Assembly: GCA_040954595.2 (NCBI GenBank)
Contig: CM082594.2
Span: forward strand, 7,881,573 to 7,945,572
Reading direction: 5' to 3'
DNA from: Balanoglossus misakiensis
Lineage: Eukaryota > Animalia > Hemichordata
DNA length: 64,000 nucleotides
Positions 1 to 12,123 of this stretch are shown piece after piece. The translations under genes and the position numbers were made by a program. A model generated the notes under the pieces. It did not search any database, was not told the DNA's origin, and was given only the letters and a program-made list of their open reading frames with translations. How positions within the stretch are numbered: the stretch's first letter is position 1; every line of letters starts with the position of its first letter.

Positions 1-139
1 CAATAGCTTGAGTTGATGTCCCGTAAATGTCGTTAAGAATTCTAATAATATACTGTATTGACTAAAGAAGAGGGATATGCACTATCTGTGAAGCGCTATG
101 TGGATTATAAAACTGAGATCAGGGTGTGTTAATACTTAC

Positions 140-2569
140 CAGGAGCGTTTTGCAGAAAGAGCGCCATGGTTGCTAGGTCGTGACCGCTTGGTTCATCCTC
201 AAGAAGACTGGCTTTGAAATCGCCAGAAGGTACGGTCAGATGGTCGGCGGTCTTTTCAGCGCCGGATGTTCCCGGTTTCTCGTCCATCTGTCCTAATAAC
301 ATGTCCTGCAAGTGTGAATATGATGGTAAAGTGCATACATCAAACCTAGAAGAGATTCTTGGAAATCGTGGTTGCAGACCCCCCCCCCCCAGGATATCAT
401 ATGGTCCACCCCTTAACTGAATTATCGAATGCTGATATACTCACCTCGTCCACATTATGGTCTGCGTGCCTCAGCACAATTTTCTGCAAGAAGTCTATTC
501 TCTGCTGGCGGTTTGTTTGTCGTCTGTATTCTGTCTGCAGGCGTTCCAGTCTATGTCACAATAAAGGCATAACATCATTTTTGCGTATCTGCCGGCTATC
601 ATAACCTGGACATGTACGCATGGAATTTACCAAAGTCGATGGAAAAACCATGGATCCGGCCCGAATAGATATGTTGAACAGAGAGGTTTTGGTGGAAATT
701 GTCGATGATTATTAAAATTACTTACCTTCGTGACATAATTTTACCAATCATGACTGGTTTCACGACAGGTACTTTAGCAAAAGGATCCAACGACGTATTA
801 ACACCACCTTAAATGTAAAAAAAGACCGAATTTGTCAATCTTCTTTACATGTGTAATACATGTAATTCGCTGTGACTTTTCTAAGGTAGTTTTTGCACAG
901 TTAGTATATACACCAACCAATTTCAACAAATACGTTGAAATGCCAACTTTGTTCGTACCTAACTCTCGTGACACATTTCCAACCTCCACTTCTTCTTCAA
1001 ACCCCACAAAGTCTGGGTGACCAACTGGTAACGCTGATATCACCGGTCTAGAAACAAAATATCCAAGTGTAGCTGATTATAGAATCCGAAATAGGACAGG
1101 ACACTGATAATCTACTGTGACGGTGGCGAAAAAGAAAACACTTCAAAAAGACAATAATGGCCCTAGATCTGCACTTACAAGTTACCCTGTCTGCGATCTT
1201 CAGGTGGTTCGACGCGATAGAGCAGAGAGTGACCGACCGTGTCACTGACTTCCTTTTTCCGGTTCTCTAACTGGTGGGAATATCCATAGCCCAATATGCC
1301 ATAGGTGAAACATAACTCCAGTTCTAGTCTGGCCACAAGCTGTAAGGATAAAATACAAGAAACAGTTACGTATTACCAAGTACACTGCAACCCAATGTTA
1401 CATTTAGACAGTTCGTCACATTTTGTGGTATCGGCTCGCAGTTAAGTTTTCTAACATTTTTCATACAGACAGCAAGTTTCTGTCGTGAGATATAAACCAG
1501 GTCATGATAACTATCAGTATAATGAAAACTTACATTAGATCGAATCTTCAAATCATATGTGCCAGCCATGAACTGACTCTGTGGTATAAATGAAGAAACG
1601 TTACATGTATCAATGTTAGATTTGTTAGAGCCCATTAAAAATGTGCGAACTTCAACATGAAGTCAAGAGAAACAATGACTACCATTACCTTGATGACGTC
1701 ATACAGGTGCATTTCTTTACGACCTATGACCTGGCGGTGACCAGACCCCTCGAAGGCAACAATATCAATTTTTATTATGTTAGACGGGTCGGTTCGTTTC
1801 CTAGATATCTGGAAAAAAGGAGAAGGTAATATTGAAATGGCCTGAGTAAATTTGTAATAAACACGATGGAGTGAATTATTTCGTGATGAGATGTGCATCG
1901 ATGATATTCGACGTGCTACACTGGTTTATTTAGTTGCGATGGGAGATCTGGTTCATTTTGCTAGACTAGAGGATTGTAACGATCTGCTTACCATGAGCGA
2001 CAGGTGTTTCAGATCGTCGAAGACAATCTTCGTCTTCTCCTGGACGTCGACCGTCTTGGAGCACTTGGTGACGTCACCGACTTTGATACGAATGTATATC
2101 TGTACATCTGGTGTTGTGAATACTACTAAGTATGAGAAAGCCACTATGTAAGGTAAATTTGGTTATACGTTTCTAATAACTGATTAGTTTCTTACTTACT
2201 GATTCCGAGCTATAAATACTAACTGACGATGGTGTAACATCTACTGGTAAATTATGAAGACTGTTTTGGCTTTGTGATTTTGTTTGGCATACATTTCCTT
2301 GAAAGGATACGCTCTTCATCAATGTGAAGGTCCTGGATTTTCTTGATGTGAAAACTCAAAACGCCAGCCTAGTAAACAAAAAGACAGACAGGGACCAGGT
2401 GAAATGTGGCGAACTCTGGCTCTATTTGTACTTGACTACACGCAGATAACAACGGATTTTGTCTCAAAACCATCCATATTTTGGGATGCGCCCTTACCGG
2501 CAAGGTTGACGTGTAAGACTCGCTCTCCACGTCGTAGCCTTCGTTCACAACTGCTTCATTTTCGGACAT
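140..2569 (-). CDS. C2CD6: C2 domain-containing protein, C2CD6/ALS2CR11 (CatSper-tau)-like; multi-exon, 3' end probably beyond the left edge
   Basis: Spliced by hand through about 10 GT-AG exons from ATG 2569: MSENEAVVNEG...GVLSFHIKK...QIYIRIKVGDVTKCSK...IKIDIVAFE...IGRKEMHLYDVIK...LELELCFTYGILGYGYSHQLEN...SLLYRVEPPEDR. It has a C2-like beta-strand pattern, and the FxYGxxGYGxSHQL motif matches ALS2CR11/C2CD6 as I recall it. Confidence 0.72.
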
Positions 2570-3530
2570 CGTCCAGAGATGCGATGTGTTCGTGCAAAGA
2601 AATCGAGACAAAAACGCTGAAGTTACGTATGTCTGAGAGTCAGAATATTTTTCCGGCTGGACAAAAAATACTTGAGAGAATTTTAGAACACGCGCATTGC
2701 GCATGTGGTTCTAAAACTGGAATTCGAATAATTTGATGGAATCTGAGACGAATATACCTTACACGTGGATGTCTGTCCTTTTCCGTTTTCAGATCATGCC
2801 AACATAAAGTTGGGAAAAATAAAATACTAGAATGTATGAAGGTTGACTTCATCAATTGTTCTAACTTTTGGCGTATGTCTGTCCCTGCGTTAATAGACTG
2901 TGTGCACACCCTGTGGCCCAACTAAAAATTCTTCAACCATTACCTCGAAAATGTTTGCGATATTCGTTCTGCTATTTCAGTCAAAGGTTTCAGGATCTAT
3001 GCTGCTCTGGTTGGATTTTTGAGTATGACGAAGGTACAGTGTACATGATACTTGCAAAGATATTCTGCGTTTCCATAACAACCAGGATGTGGGTCGATAT
3101 TAAAGCGTGCTGAGGGCGCTGTTAGATGAGCATATGAACACTACAGTCTACATTGTACACAAATCAATAATCATGTTAAAATATAGTAATGTTATGGTGT
3201 AGCCTCGCCAATTTAGGGAATACCAGGGAAACCCTCGATATACGGTACTGTTCTTTTATAATAGTCACTGGATGACCTTGAGCGGGCGGTACAAATTGGC
3301 CAAGGTCACTCCATAGTTACCACAAATGTACGTGCATGCCCGTCCGTCTGTGGCACATAGTACGCGGTGCACAACCCTCACCCCCAGCCGCGGACTTTGT
3401 CCTTTGTATTTGCTGTGCAAAGTTCGATGAACTTGTCGTTGATTAGATGATTGTTTTTGTTTTCCGATTGTCTTCTTTAACATAATAGACTATGGCCGCA
3501 GTGCAGCTGTAACGCCGGACGGACGAAGAC

Positions 3531-3823
3531 ATGGTGACTAGCGTGATTGGTCAAGTTCTTCAAGCCGCCTCCTTGGCGGGAGCAGGACATCCATATTTTG
3601 ATGTTTTGTGGGTTGCGCTTTTTGTGCTTATCGCCACAAGTGCAGTGCTGCAGTTCATCAAATTTCTGAAGATGAGATGGGCGTCCGAAAAAGCATTCAC
3701 TCATATCCCTGTGGAAAACAGACACCCTTTGTTTGGACACCTTCATTTGGTAATTCTATGTTCACCTGTCTGTCTCTGTATGTGTCCGCATATAACCTGC
3801 ATTTTTGACCTACTAGTACCTGC

Positions 3824-3870
<47 letters not shown>

Positions 3871-3921
3871 TCTATCTGTCTGTCTGTCTGTCTGTCCATG
3901 CGTCCGCCCGTCCATCCTTCC

Positions 3922-3997
<76 letters not shown>

Positions 3998-4009
3998 ATG
4001 CGTCCGCCC

Positions 4010-4044
<35 letters not shown>

Positions 4045-6703
4045 GATCTATCTATCTATCTGTCAGTTTCTCTGGCACAGGGTATGGTCACACATTTAAC
4101 CTAGTGCCTCATGGTTACATATTTGGTATTTTATTTCCTCTTTATTAGATGGAGATGAATACAGAGGAGACACTGCAGTTGGCATGTGAACAGACAGAAA
4201 ACTATGGCTACTGTGGTCAGCTGTGGTTGGGACCATTCCACAGCTTTCTGGTTGTCCATCACCCTACGACTGTACAACCCATTGTAGCAACCATGGGTAA
4301 GACTTTCGTTTTGTGTGGACAGTATTTTTTTATTTTGGGTGAAATAAGCCATGCAAACCTCACAAGGTACCTTAAAGTGGAACATTTTATAAATTTTATT
4401 TTGTTGCAGAACCAAAGGATGAGTTTACCTATGGCTTGGTCAAACCCTGGCTGGGTGATGGATTGCTGTTAAGTAAAGGAGACAAATGGTACAGAAACAG
4501 GCGACTTTTGACCCCAGGATTCCACTTTGATATCTTAAAACCTTATGTTGAAGTGTTCAATGAATGTGCTAATACCATGGTGGTGAGTACTCACATCACA
4601 GTTTAATAATACACAGTAAACATCAATTAGCCTTAGCTATTTACATGTACCGGTATATATCTCAATGTCAAATAACCAGTTTCCAACACAGTACAATTTA
4701 CCTTATCGTTTCCCATTTCAGGACAAATGGATGAGCATACACCAGAAGGGAATGATAGAAATGTTTGAACACATAAGTTTGATGACATTGGATAGTCTCT
4801 TCAAGTGCATCTTCAGCATTGAAAGCAACTGTCAAACAGAAAAGTAAGTGTTTGTGGTGTAGAAATACTGAAAGAATACATTATTTTATGAAATTGCTTC
4901 CATTATTACATATCCGGCTACTGCAATTCCTTGCATTATTTTCCCACATCCAGGTCCCGAAATCCCTACATCAGCGCTGTCTACCAACTATCCGACATGG
5001 TCCTACAGCGAGTCAACTTCCCGCCGTATTTCAGCGACTTGGTCTATCACATGACGTACAGCGGACACAAGTGGAGGAAATGTCTGAGATTAGTTCACCA
5101 GCATTCCAGAAGAGTCATCAACCAGCGGAGAGAAGCGATGAAGCAAGATAAGAACGGAACCAAGAACAACAGGAAATACATTGATTTTCTGGATATTCTC
5201 CTAGCTGCTAGGGTGAGCATGGAAATAGGAAAGGAATACACCCTTTTCATAAATATAGCGCCCTCGTGCAGCCATCATGAATTTGAACTCAAAGCGAGGC
5301 CAATTTGAAATCCCCTTGATGTGATAGGTCAACTTTCAATTTCAGGATGAAGATGGCAAAGGTCTGACCGATCAAGAAATCCGGGATGAGGTTGACACAT
5401 TCTTGTTCGAAGGTCACGACACCACGGCCAGTGGACTTTCCTGGATCATGTACAACCTAGCCAGACACCCGGAATATCAGAAGAAATGCCAGGAAGAGAT
5501 TGATGAAGTGCTGGATGCCAAGGGAGAAGACAAGCTGAAATGGTGAGTATGGAAAACTTCTGTCGTGATGACAAATTTAGCTCCTGTGTTCACACACCAT
5601 GGTTTAATGTCTGTGGATTTCTGTCTGTCTGTCTGTCTGTCTGTCTGCGTCAGTGCTATCTTAAGAGACCTTGCTGTATGACTGCATGGATGCCTAAATG
5701 ATCCTGCAGAGGCCTGGCCAATTTCGTATTAAAATCCTCTCAGCTAGCTAATTTACATTCAATTCTGTCTTCCAGGGAAGATCTTGGCCAACTACCATAC
5801 CTCACAATGTGCATCAAGGAAAGCCTTCGTCTGCACCCACCAGTGCCTGCCATTGGTCGCAAACTGAACAAACCGATCACCATTCCGTTTGAAGGACAGA
5901 AAATCACCATGCCAGCCGGTTAGCACATATCTTTGTTTCGAGAGAATCGTCATTGCAGAAATTCATCAATTATCACTCAATCTAAGTTTCAGATTGCAGT
6001 ATAGTTGTTATAACATCAGACAGTTATTTTGTAAATAATGTTTGTTGTTGTTGTTGTTTTTCAGGGCAGCGTGTTCTCATTAGCATATTGAGTCTACATC
6101 ACAATGCAAAGGTTTGGAAAGATCCTGAAATATTCGACCCACTGAGGTTTTCACCTGAGAACACCAAAGACAGATCACCACATGCCTACCTGCCGTTCTC
6201 AGCTGGACCAAGGTAACATCATGATGTAACATGTACATTTATATTTCCAAAACTCTAACCCTATCATGCCCAGTTCCCTCTACATAGGGCCAACTTTGCC
6301 ATAGAAAAACAATGTATTTGGATTCATATGCTATTGCACAATGGAAGTTGTTGGGACTGGAATATGCATAGCCAAGCAGTTCATAATCTTTTTGGCAAAA
6401 TCTGGCACTATGAAGACTGATATGCAACAATTATGAGCCAGCTTGATGTTTCTGCAATTATTTTAAACTATAATCCAACACCAAAAACGAAAGCAAGTTA
6501 TATTTATATATGTGTCTGCTTTTTTTCTCAGGAACTGCATCGGTCAGAACTTTGCAATGAGTGAGATGAAGGTAATTACAGCCCTGGTGCTGAGAAATTT
6601 CGACTTGGCCGTTGATGACTTTAAGTTGATACGCCGAAACAACACCATTGTCTTGAGATCAGAGGGCGGGCTGCCTCTTCATGTCAAACCACGCAGGAAT
6701 TAG
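3531..6703 (+). CDS. Cytochrome P450 family 4 (CYP4F-like), copy A, 9 exons, intact
   Basis: Exons join in frame. N-terminal TM anchor, [14 protein letters not shown] (C-helix), [16 protein letters not shown] (CYP4 I-helix), [11 protein letters not shown] (ExxR), FDPLRF and heme motif [14 protein letters not shown]. Stop TAG at 6701-6703. Confidence 0.95.
3822..4063. repeat. Compound (TCTG)n/(TCTA)n microsatellite in intron 1 of CYP4 copy A
   Basis: Directly visible tetranucleotide runs. Confidence 0.95.
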
Positions 6704-7922
6704 TCAAAAACCAGACAGATGAAGAATTGATCAACCTGATAATTTCATTCACATTTTGCTATAAATACCTGATCAAAACACAGGACATCTTCAGCAAAAA
6801 CTGTTGTGACATTGATATTCATGTCTGCATGGAATTACCTATCAATTATAAATTATTGATTATATTAATATACAAATTCTTATTTAAATTCTCACTCTCC
6901 TATGAGAGTCAGAATTGATAGGCATGCATATACATGTATATGTCTTTAACTTGAATCAGACAAAGCAAGATTTTTCTTATTATTTATACAATGCGTGCTG
7001 TTAACAAAATTGGCTATTAGTAGGCAGCTTAGGGATTATCTTAACTTTATTATGGTTGAATTGTTTGGAATTTGTACACTTTGGCATTTGATGACTCGAC
7101 ATCACATTTCATGTATACTTTAACCTTTTGAACCCAACCCTCTGGTGACCTTTGTTGTCAGTTGAATGCAATAATGTTGACTTTCAAGAAAGTGAAAAAT
7201 AAACAAGATTTATGTTAAACCAAGTATTATTTGTCGTGTATGACTCCTGTATATGTCCTTCAAAAATGTAGAACATCGACTTTCATATTCAATGTCACAT
7301 AGCCTATTTCTATGATAACAGAATCACATGAATGGTCTATAATTGGAAATCCGTGCATTGTAGTAAACTAGGACAGTTCGACGGGTCAAAGTATAAGGTA
7401 AACAAACTTTATCTGGTAAGGGCAAACTTTGTACATGTTATTCCATCATAATATGTCTCGGTTGAGAGGAGAGCCCCCAACGTTAACTTTTAGCTTTTCT
7501 TTCTCCCATAGCTGTTAACAGCGAGTGCACTGCTGTCAGTTGTGATCTGTGCTTATGGGGCGCCGTCCAAATTTACCTTACCACACCCACTGAGCTACCA
7601 AGTTTGGTGTTGTTCAATAAAGTAAAGATAGCTTGAATTTCCCCCAAACCTTAAAATCACTAAATAAGTGTAAAGCCGATCGTCTAAGACAAAAAGTGTA
7701 TTGAAGACCGATAAAATTTCCTCAGTATCGGAAAATCATATTAACATTTTAATATGATTCAATCAGCGTTTAATAACTTATTTCCCGGAGATGCACCGAA
7801 GAGATAGCTGATGTAGGACATTGAACCGGAAGCAAGAATAAGCATGCATTCGTTTGTTATAATGAAATACGACCTTTGTTCTTGGTCTGTAGTACAACTT
7901 CGCGGTTGTCGAAGATTTTAAA

Positions 7923-10900
7923 ATGGGCGACAACATGGACGTGGATATTTCGTTGTTCAAGCCTTTCGCGCAGGCCGTGCTGGCCAGCGGTACAGGTCGG
8001 TCATATTTCGATCTTTTGGTCGTGGTCTTGATCACCCTGACGACGTTCTACTTGGCGAAAACATTTACAAGACTCTTGAAGATGCGCTGGGCCAGCGAAA
8101 AAGCCTTGGCTCCGTTCGAGTCGATGGACAGACATCCGATATTTGGACATTTGAACAAGGTAAACAAAAACTACATATACTAGCATAACAAATTATCTCG
8201 TCAGGGAAAATCAGTTTCTATAAGCTTATAAACTCCTTCGGTTGACAATTTTTGCAACACTCGTATTTAAATTCATGATCGCTTACCTTCGCAACCAATG
8301 TTCATGAGTGCGATTTCGCAAACAAGAGCGAATTTCCTGACCAGCCTCCATGTCTTCCAGTTGAATTTAAATGCAGAAGAAACTGTGCATATAGCCGGCG
8401 AGACCACCTGGGTGCGACCGTTCGGTAACCAATTGTGGTTCGGCCCGTTTCACGCCATGCTAATATGCCACCACCCGTCTACTGTGCAACCAATCATGGC
8501 AACAGCAGGTATGAACCTTTACTTTATTATATCACATAGTGTATCTCTCCATTGTCATCCCTCCAAATTCATCCTCCTATCACCATCAACCTCCACACTA
8601 GTAATTTCTCTCCACGACCAATTTGATAGTAAATGCGACACCAAGCATTGTACAACTGGTTAGCTGTTTGGTGCGAACTGTACACGAACAACAGCAAGTC
8701 GATTTCAAAGTTTAAATTGCGTCCTTTGGAGTCAACGAACTTTTGGCGCTCCTACGTAACAACAGAGAAAGACAACAAATCAATGAATAATAACTGTTGT
8801 CTAGTCGCATAGTTTAATATGGTGATTTTGAAGATAGAACAACAGCCGGGGACGTTGAAAACCCTTCTAACAAGGAACTCGTCGATTGAACTTGTATTTC
8901 AGAGCCAAAGGATGAGTTTATGTACGGAATGATCAAACCCTGGTTGGGTGACGGTTTGCTGATAAGTAAAGGGGATAAATGGTACAGAAACAGGCGACTT
9001 TTGACCCCCGGATTCCACTTTGATATCTTAAAACCTTACGTTGAAGTGTTTAATGAATGTGCTAAAACAATGGTGGTAAGTATTCAAATCACGTTTTTAA
9101 AAAAAAGCAGTAACCGCCTCTATTGGCCAAAGTTGCTGTATATCTGAACGTCAAATAACCAGTTTCCAACGCAGTACAATTTATGTACACACAAGTAGAA
9201 AGCTCTTATGGTTTATCCAAATGTGAAGAGACTGCATTTTCCATTTCAGGACAAATGGATGAGCATACACCAGAAGGGAATGATAGAAATGTTTGAACAC
9301 ATAAGTTTGATGACATTGGATAGTCTTTTCAAGTGCATCTTCAGCATTGACAGTAACTGTCAGCGAGACCTGTAAGTATTATCACATGAAACGGAGAATT
9401 TTTCATTTTTGTCTACCATTCGTGGATTGTTTTCTTAGCAAAGACTATCTTTTTCGTCCATCCTGTAATCACACTCATTTCATTCGGTTGTCTTTCTTTT
9501 TCTAGGGCAGAGAATTCCTACATAGCGGCAGTCCACAAGTTATCCACTTTGATCATCGAGAGGATGAATTTCCCGCCATACTTCAGCGATCTGATCTACC
9601 ACCTGACCTACAGCGGCTACACCTGGCGAAAGGCTTTGCGAACTGTTCATGAAGATTCCACGAGCGTCATTAAAAAACGCAGACAGGCGTTGGAGGATGA
9701 CAAGAAACGGGGGACAAAGAGTAACCGAAAGTACATCGATTTTATGGATATCTTGCTCGCTGCGAGGGTATGTGATTTAAGACAGAGAGGTTTTGTACAC
9801 AGATTGAAAGGTTTAGTTGCCTGTGTTTGGGTCGGGTAGTGTAGTGCCGGCATATCTGTGTAGGCCAACAAAGCTCGGGAAGTCAATACGAGTGGGAATG
9901 AAGAATGTTCGCACAAAGCATAACAATTGGTGAATGACTGAGTTGTTCGCTCAAGAGGGCTGGTCGTGTATATCGCGTTCTTATGCGACCCATCATATAC
10001 TGTAGAAAAGGCAGTACATGTACATGCATGGTCCTGTCTGTTTGTTTGTTTGTTTACTGAAACCTTTACCCGTGCTTCTTCAGGATGAAGATGGCAAAGG
10101 TCTTACCGATCAAGAAATCCGTGATGAGGTCGACACGTTCTTGTTCGAAGGTCACGACACCACGGCCAGTGGGCTTTCCTGGATCATGTACAACCTGGCC
10201 AGACACCCGGAATATCAGAAGAAATGCCAAGAAGAGATTGATGAAGTTCTGGATAATAAGGATAATGACATGATCGAATGGTAAGCATGATTTATTAAAA
10301 ATCGAAACGTAAACAAGATTGCAATGGACCAGAGGTTTTACTAGAATACGGATGATTATTAGTATCATAATTCAAACGTGAACTCTTTACCTTTAACATT
10401 GGTAAAATTTTCAAACAAACTCTGCATCTCTCTGCCCCCTTCTCTGTCCCCCTCTCCCCCCCCCCACACACACACCGTGACACACTCTGTGCAGGGACGA
10501 TCTCGGCAAACTGCCCTATCTCACAATGTGCATCAAAGAAAGTCTCCGGCTGCATCCCCCAGTCCCGTTCATCGGTCGCAAACTCGGCAGACCGATCACC
10601 ATGGCCTCGTCAAAGGGCAAGGTGGAAATCCCAGCGGGTAAGTAAGAATTATGGTGTTTTATACGCAATGCTTCAAAGTATACATTTATATGTGTCCGTT
10701 ACACACTCAGTTACACGTGGGCTCCAAAATCAGTTCAGAGCTGACTCGGAATTGGAGCCCAAATGAGACTTTGGTCCGTTAAATGTATACGGCCACCAAA
10801 CCAATGTAAGTTTATCGACAGTTCATGGAAAATCGAGACTTAGCCAATCACCCTATCCAATACGCGTCAATATGCATACATGTATTATCCCGGCTACGTT

Positions 10901-11563
10901 AAATTTTGTCTATATTTCCAGGTGAGAGAATTGGAATAAGCATCATGAGTTTGCATCATCACAGTTTAGTGTGGGAAGACCCAGAGGTATACGACCCGCT
11001 GAGGTTTTCACCCGAGAACACCAAAGACAGATCACCACACGCCTACCTGCCGTTCGCAGCTGGACCAAGGTAATGCAGAAAAGATCTACCTATGTTTCAT
11101 TTATTTGTATATGTATATCCATTCAGGCCAAGCAAAAAAACAGCGTTGTTCCTATAACTTGCGTGGTAGCCAGGTAGATCAGAAACAAATAATTTCCTAT
11201 ATTTTTTTGCACGATTTGAAAACATCCTACACACGAAGCTCAAGATCGGTTCCTTCACAACACATGTGAAATTGTATGAATTTTGCGATTCATCGGTTCG
11301 TCTTTTTCATCCTTGATGGTCTGTATCAACCACGTTCAAGTAATAAATACACACCTTTTATTCCCATTACTTCCAGGAATTGCATTGGACAGAACTTTGC
11401 TATGTACGAGATGAAAGTCATCACGGCGCTGGTGCTGCGAAACTTCAATTTGAGCGTCGATGATTTCCGGAGGGTTCGTCGCTACAACGCCGTTGTGATG
11501 AGAAGTGAGGGCGGCCTTCCACTGTACGTGAAACCGCGAATGCGCGACAACCCGAAAAAGTGA
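7923..11563 (+). CDS. Cytochrome P450 family 4 (CYP4F-like), copy B, tandem paralogue with the same 9-exon structure
   Basis: Same motifs ([41 protein letters not shown]) and matching intron positions to copy A. The start could be ATG 7923 or 7935. Stop TGA at 11561-11563. Confidence 0.95.
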
Positions 11564-12123
11564 AGATTGTTGAACAGTTTTTTGCCACTTTCGCAATCAC
11601 AGTCCGTCTGCAGTTGATTTTATCTTTAATTATACTTTACAAATGAGCGGAACATGTAATATTTGATTCAACTGATAAACCAAAAACTGGACGTTTAAGA
11701 TGTTCAGTCGACTGCATGCTAATTTGTCATTTCCTTTAACTAGACCAGACACGCCCAGTTTTAGTGGGCAGACACCCCCTTTCGATACAGCATTATTGGA
11801 TTAGTTTGCGGATTAAAGATGATCCTGTAATATCTAGTCTATACAGCACATATAAGCTGGAATTGAAGGACCAAATGCCTTGTTATATAAACTCTTGTTT
11901 TATTATATAATAAGTTGGTGCGCACGATTTCTATGGCGGGCTCTATTGAAGTAAAGGTCATGTTATTTTCAGTCTTATTAATTATTTTATTTTGCATGTT
12001 TAATTGAATTATATTAAAATTAAGTGTCCTTTCGGACAATATTCATCAAAATCGACTGCTTGAAAAACGAAGGCTATGTTAGCGACCAATCATTAAAACA
12101 CGTCATTATACCCACTTGAAAAT

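Noticed and set aside
3750-4148. 205-aa ORF extension with SVCL/SIYL repeats
   Set aside because: This is read-through of CYP4 exon 1 into an intronic tetranucleotide microsatellite. The donor at about 3750 explains it.
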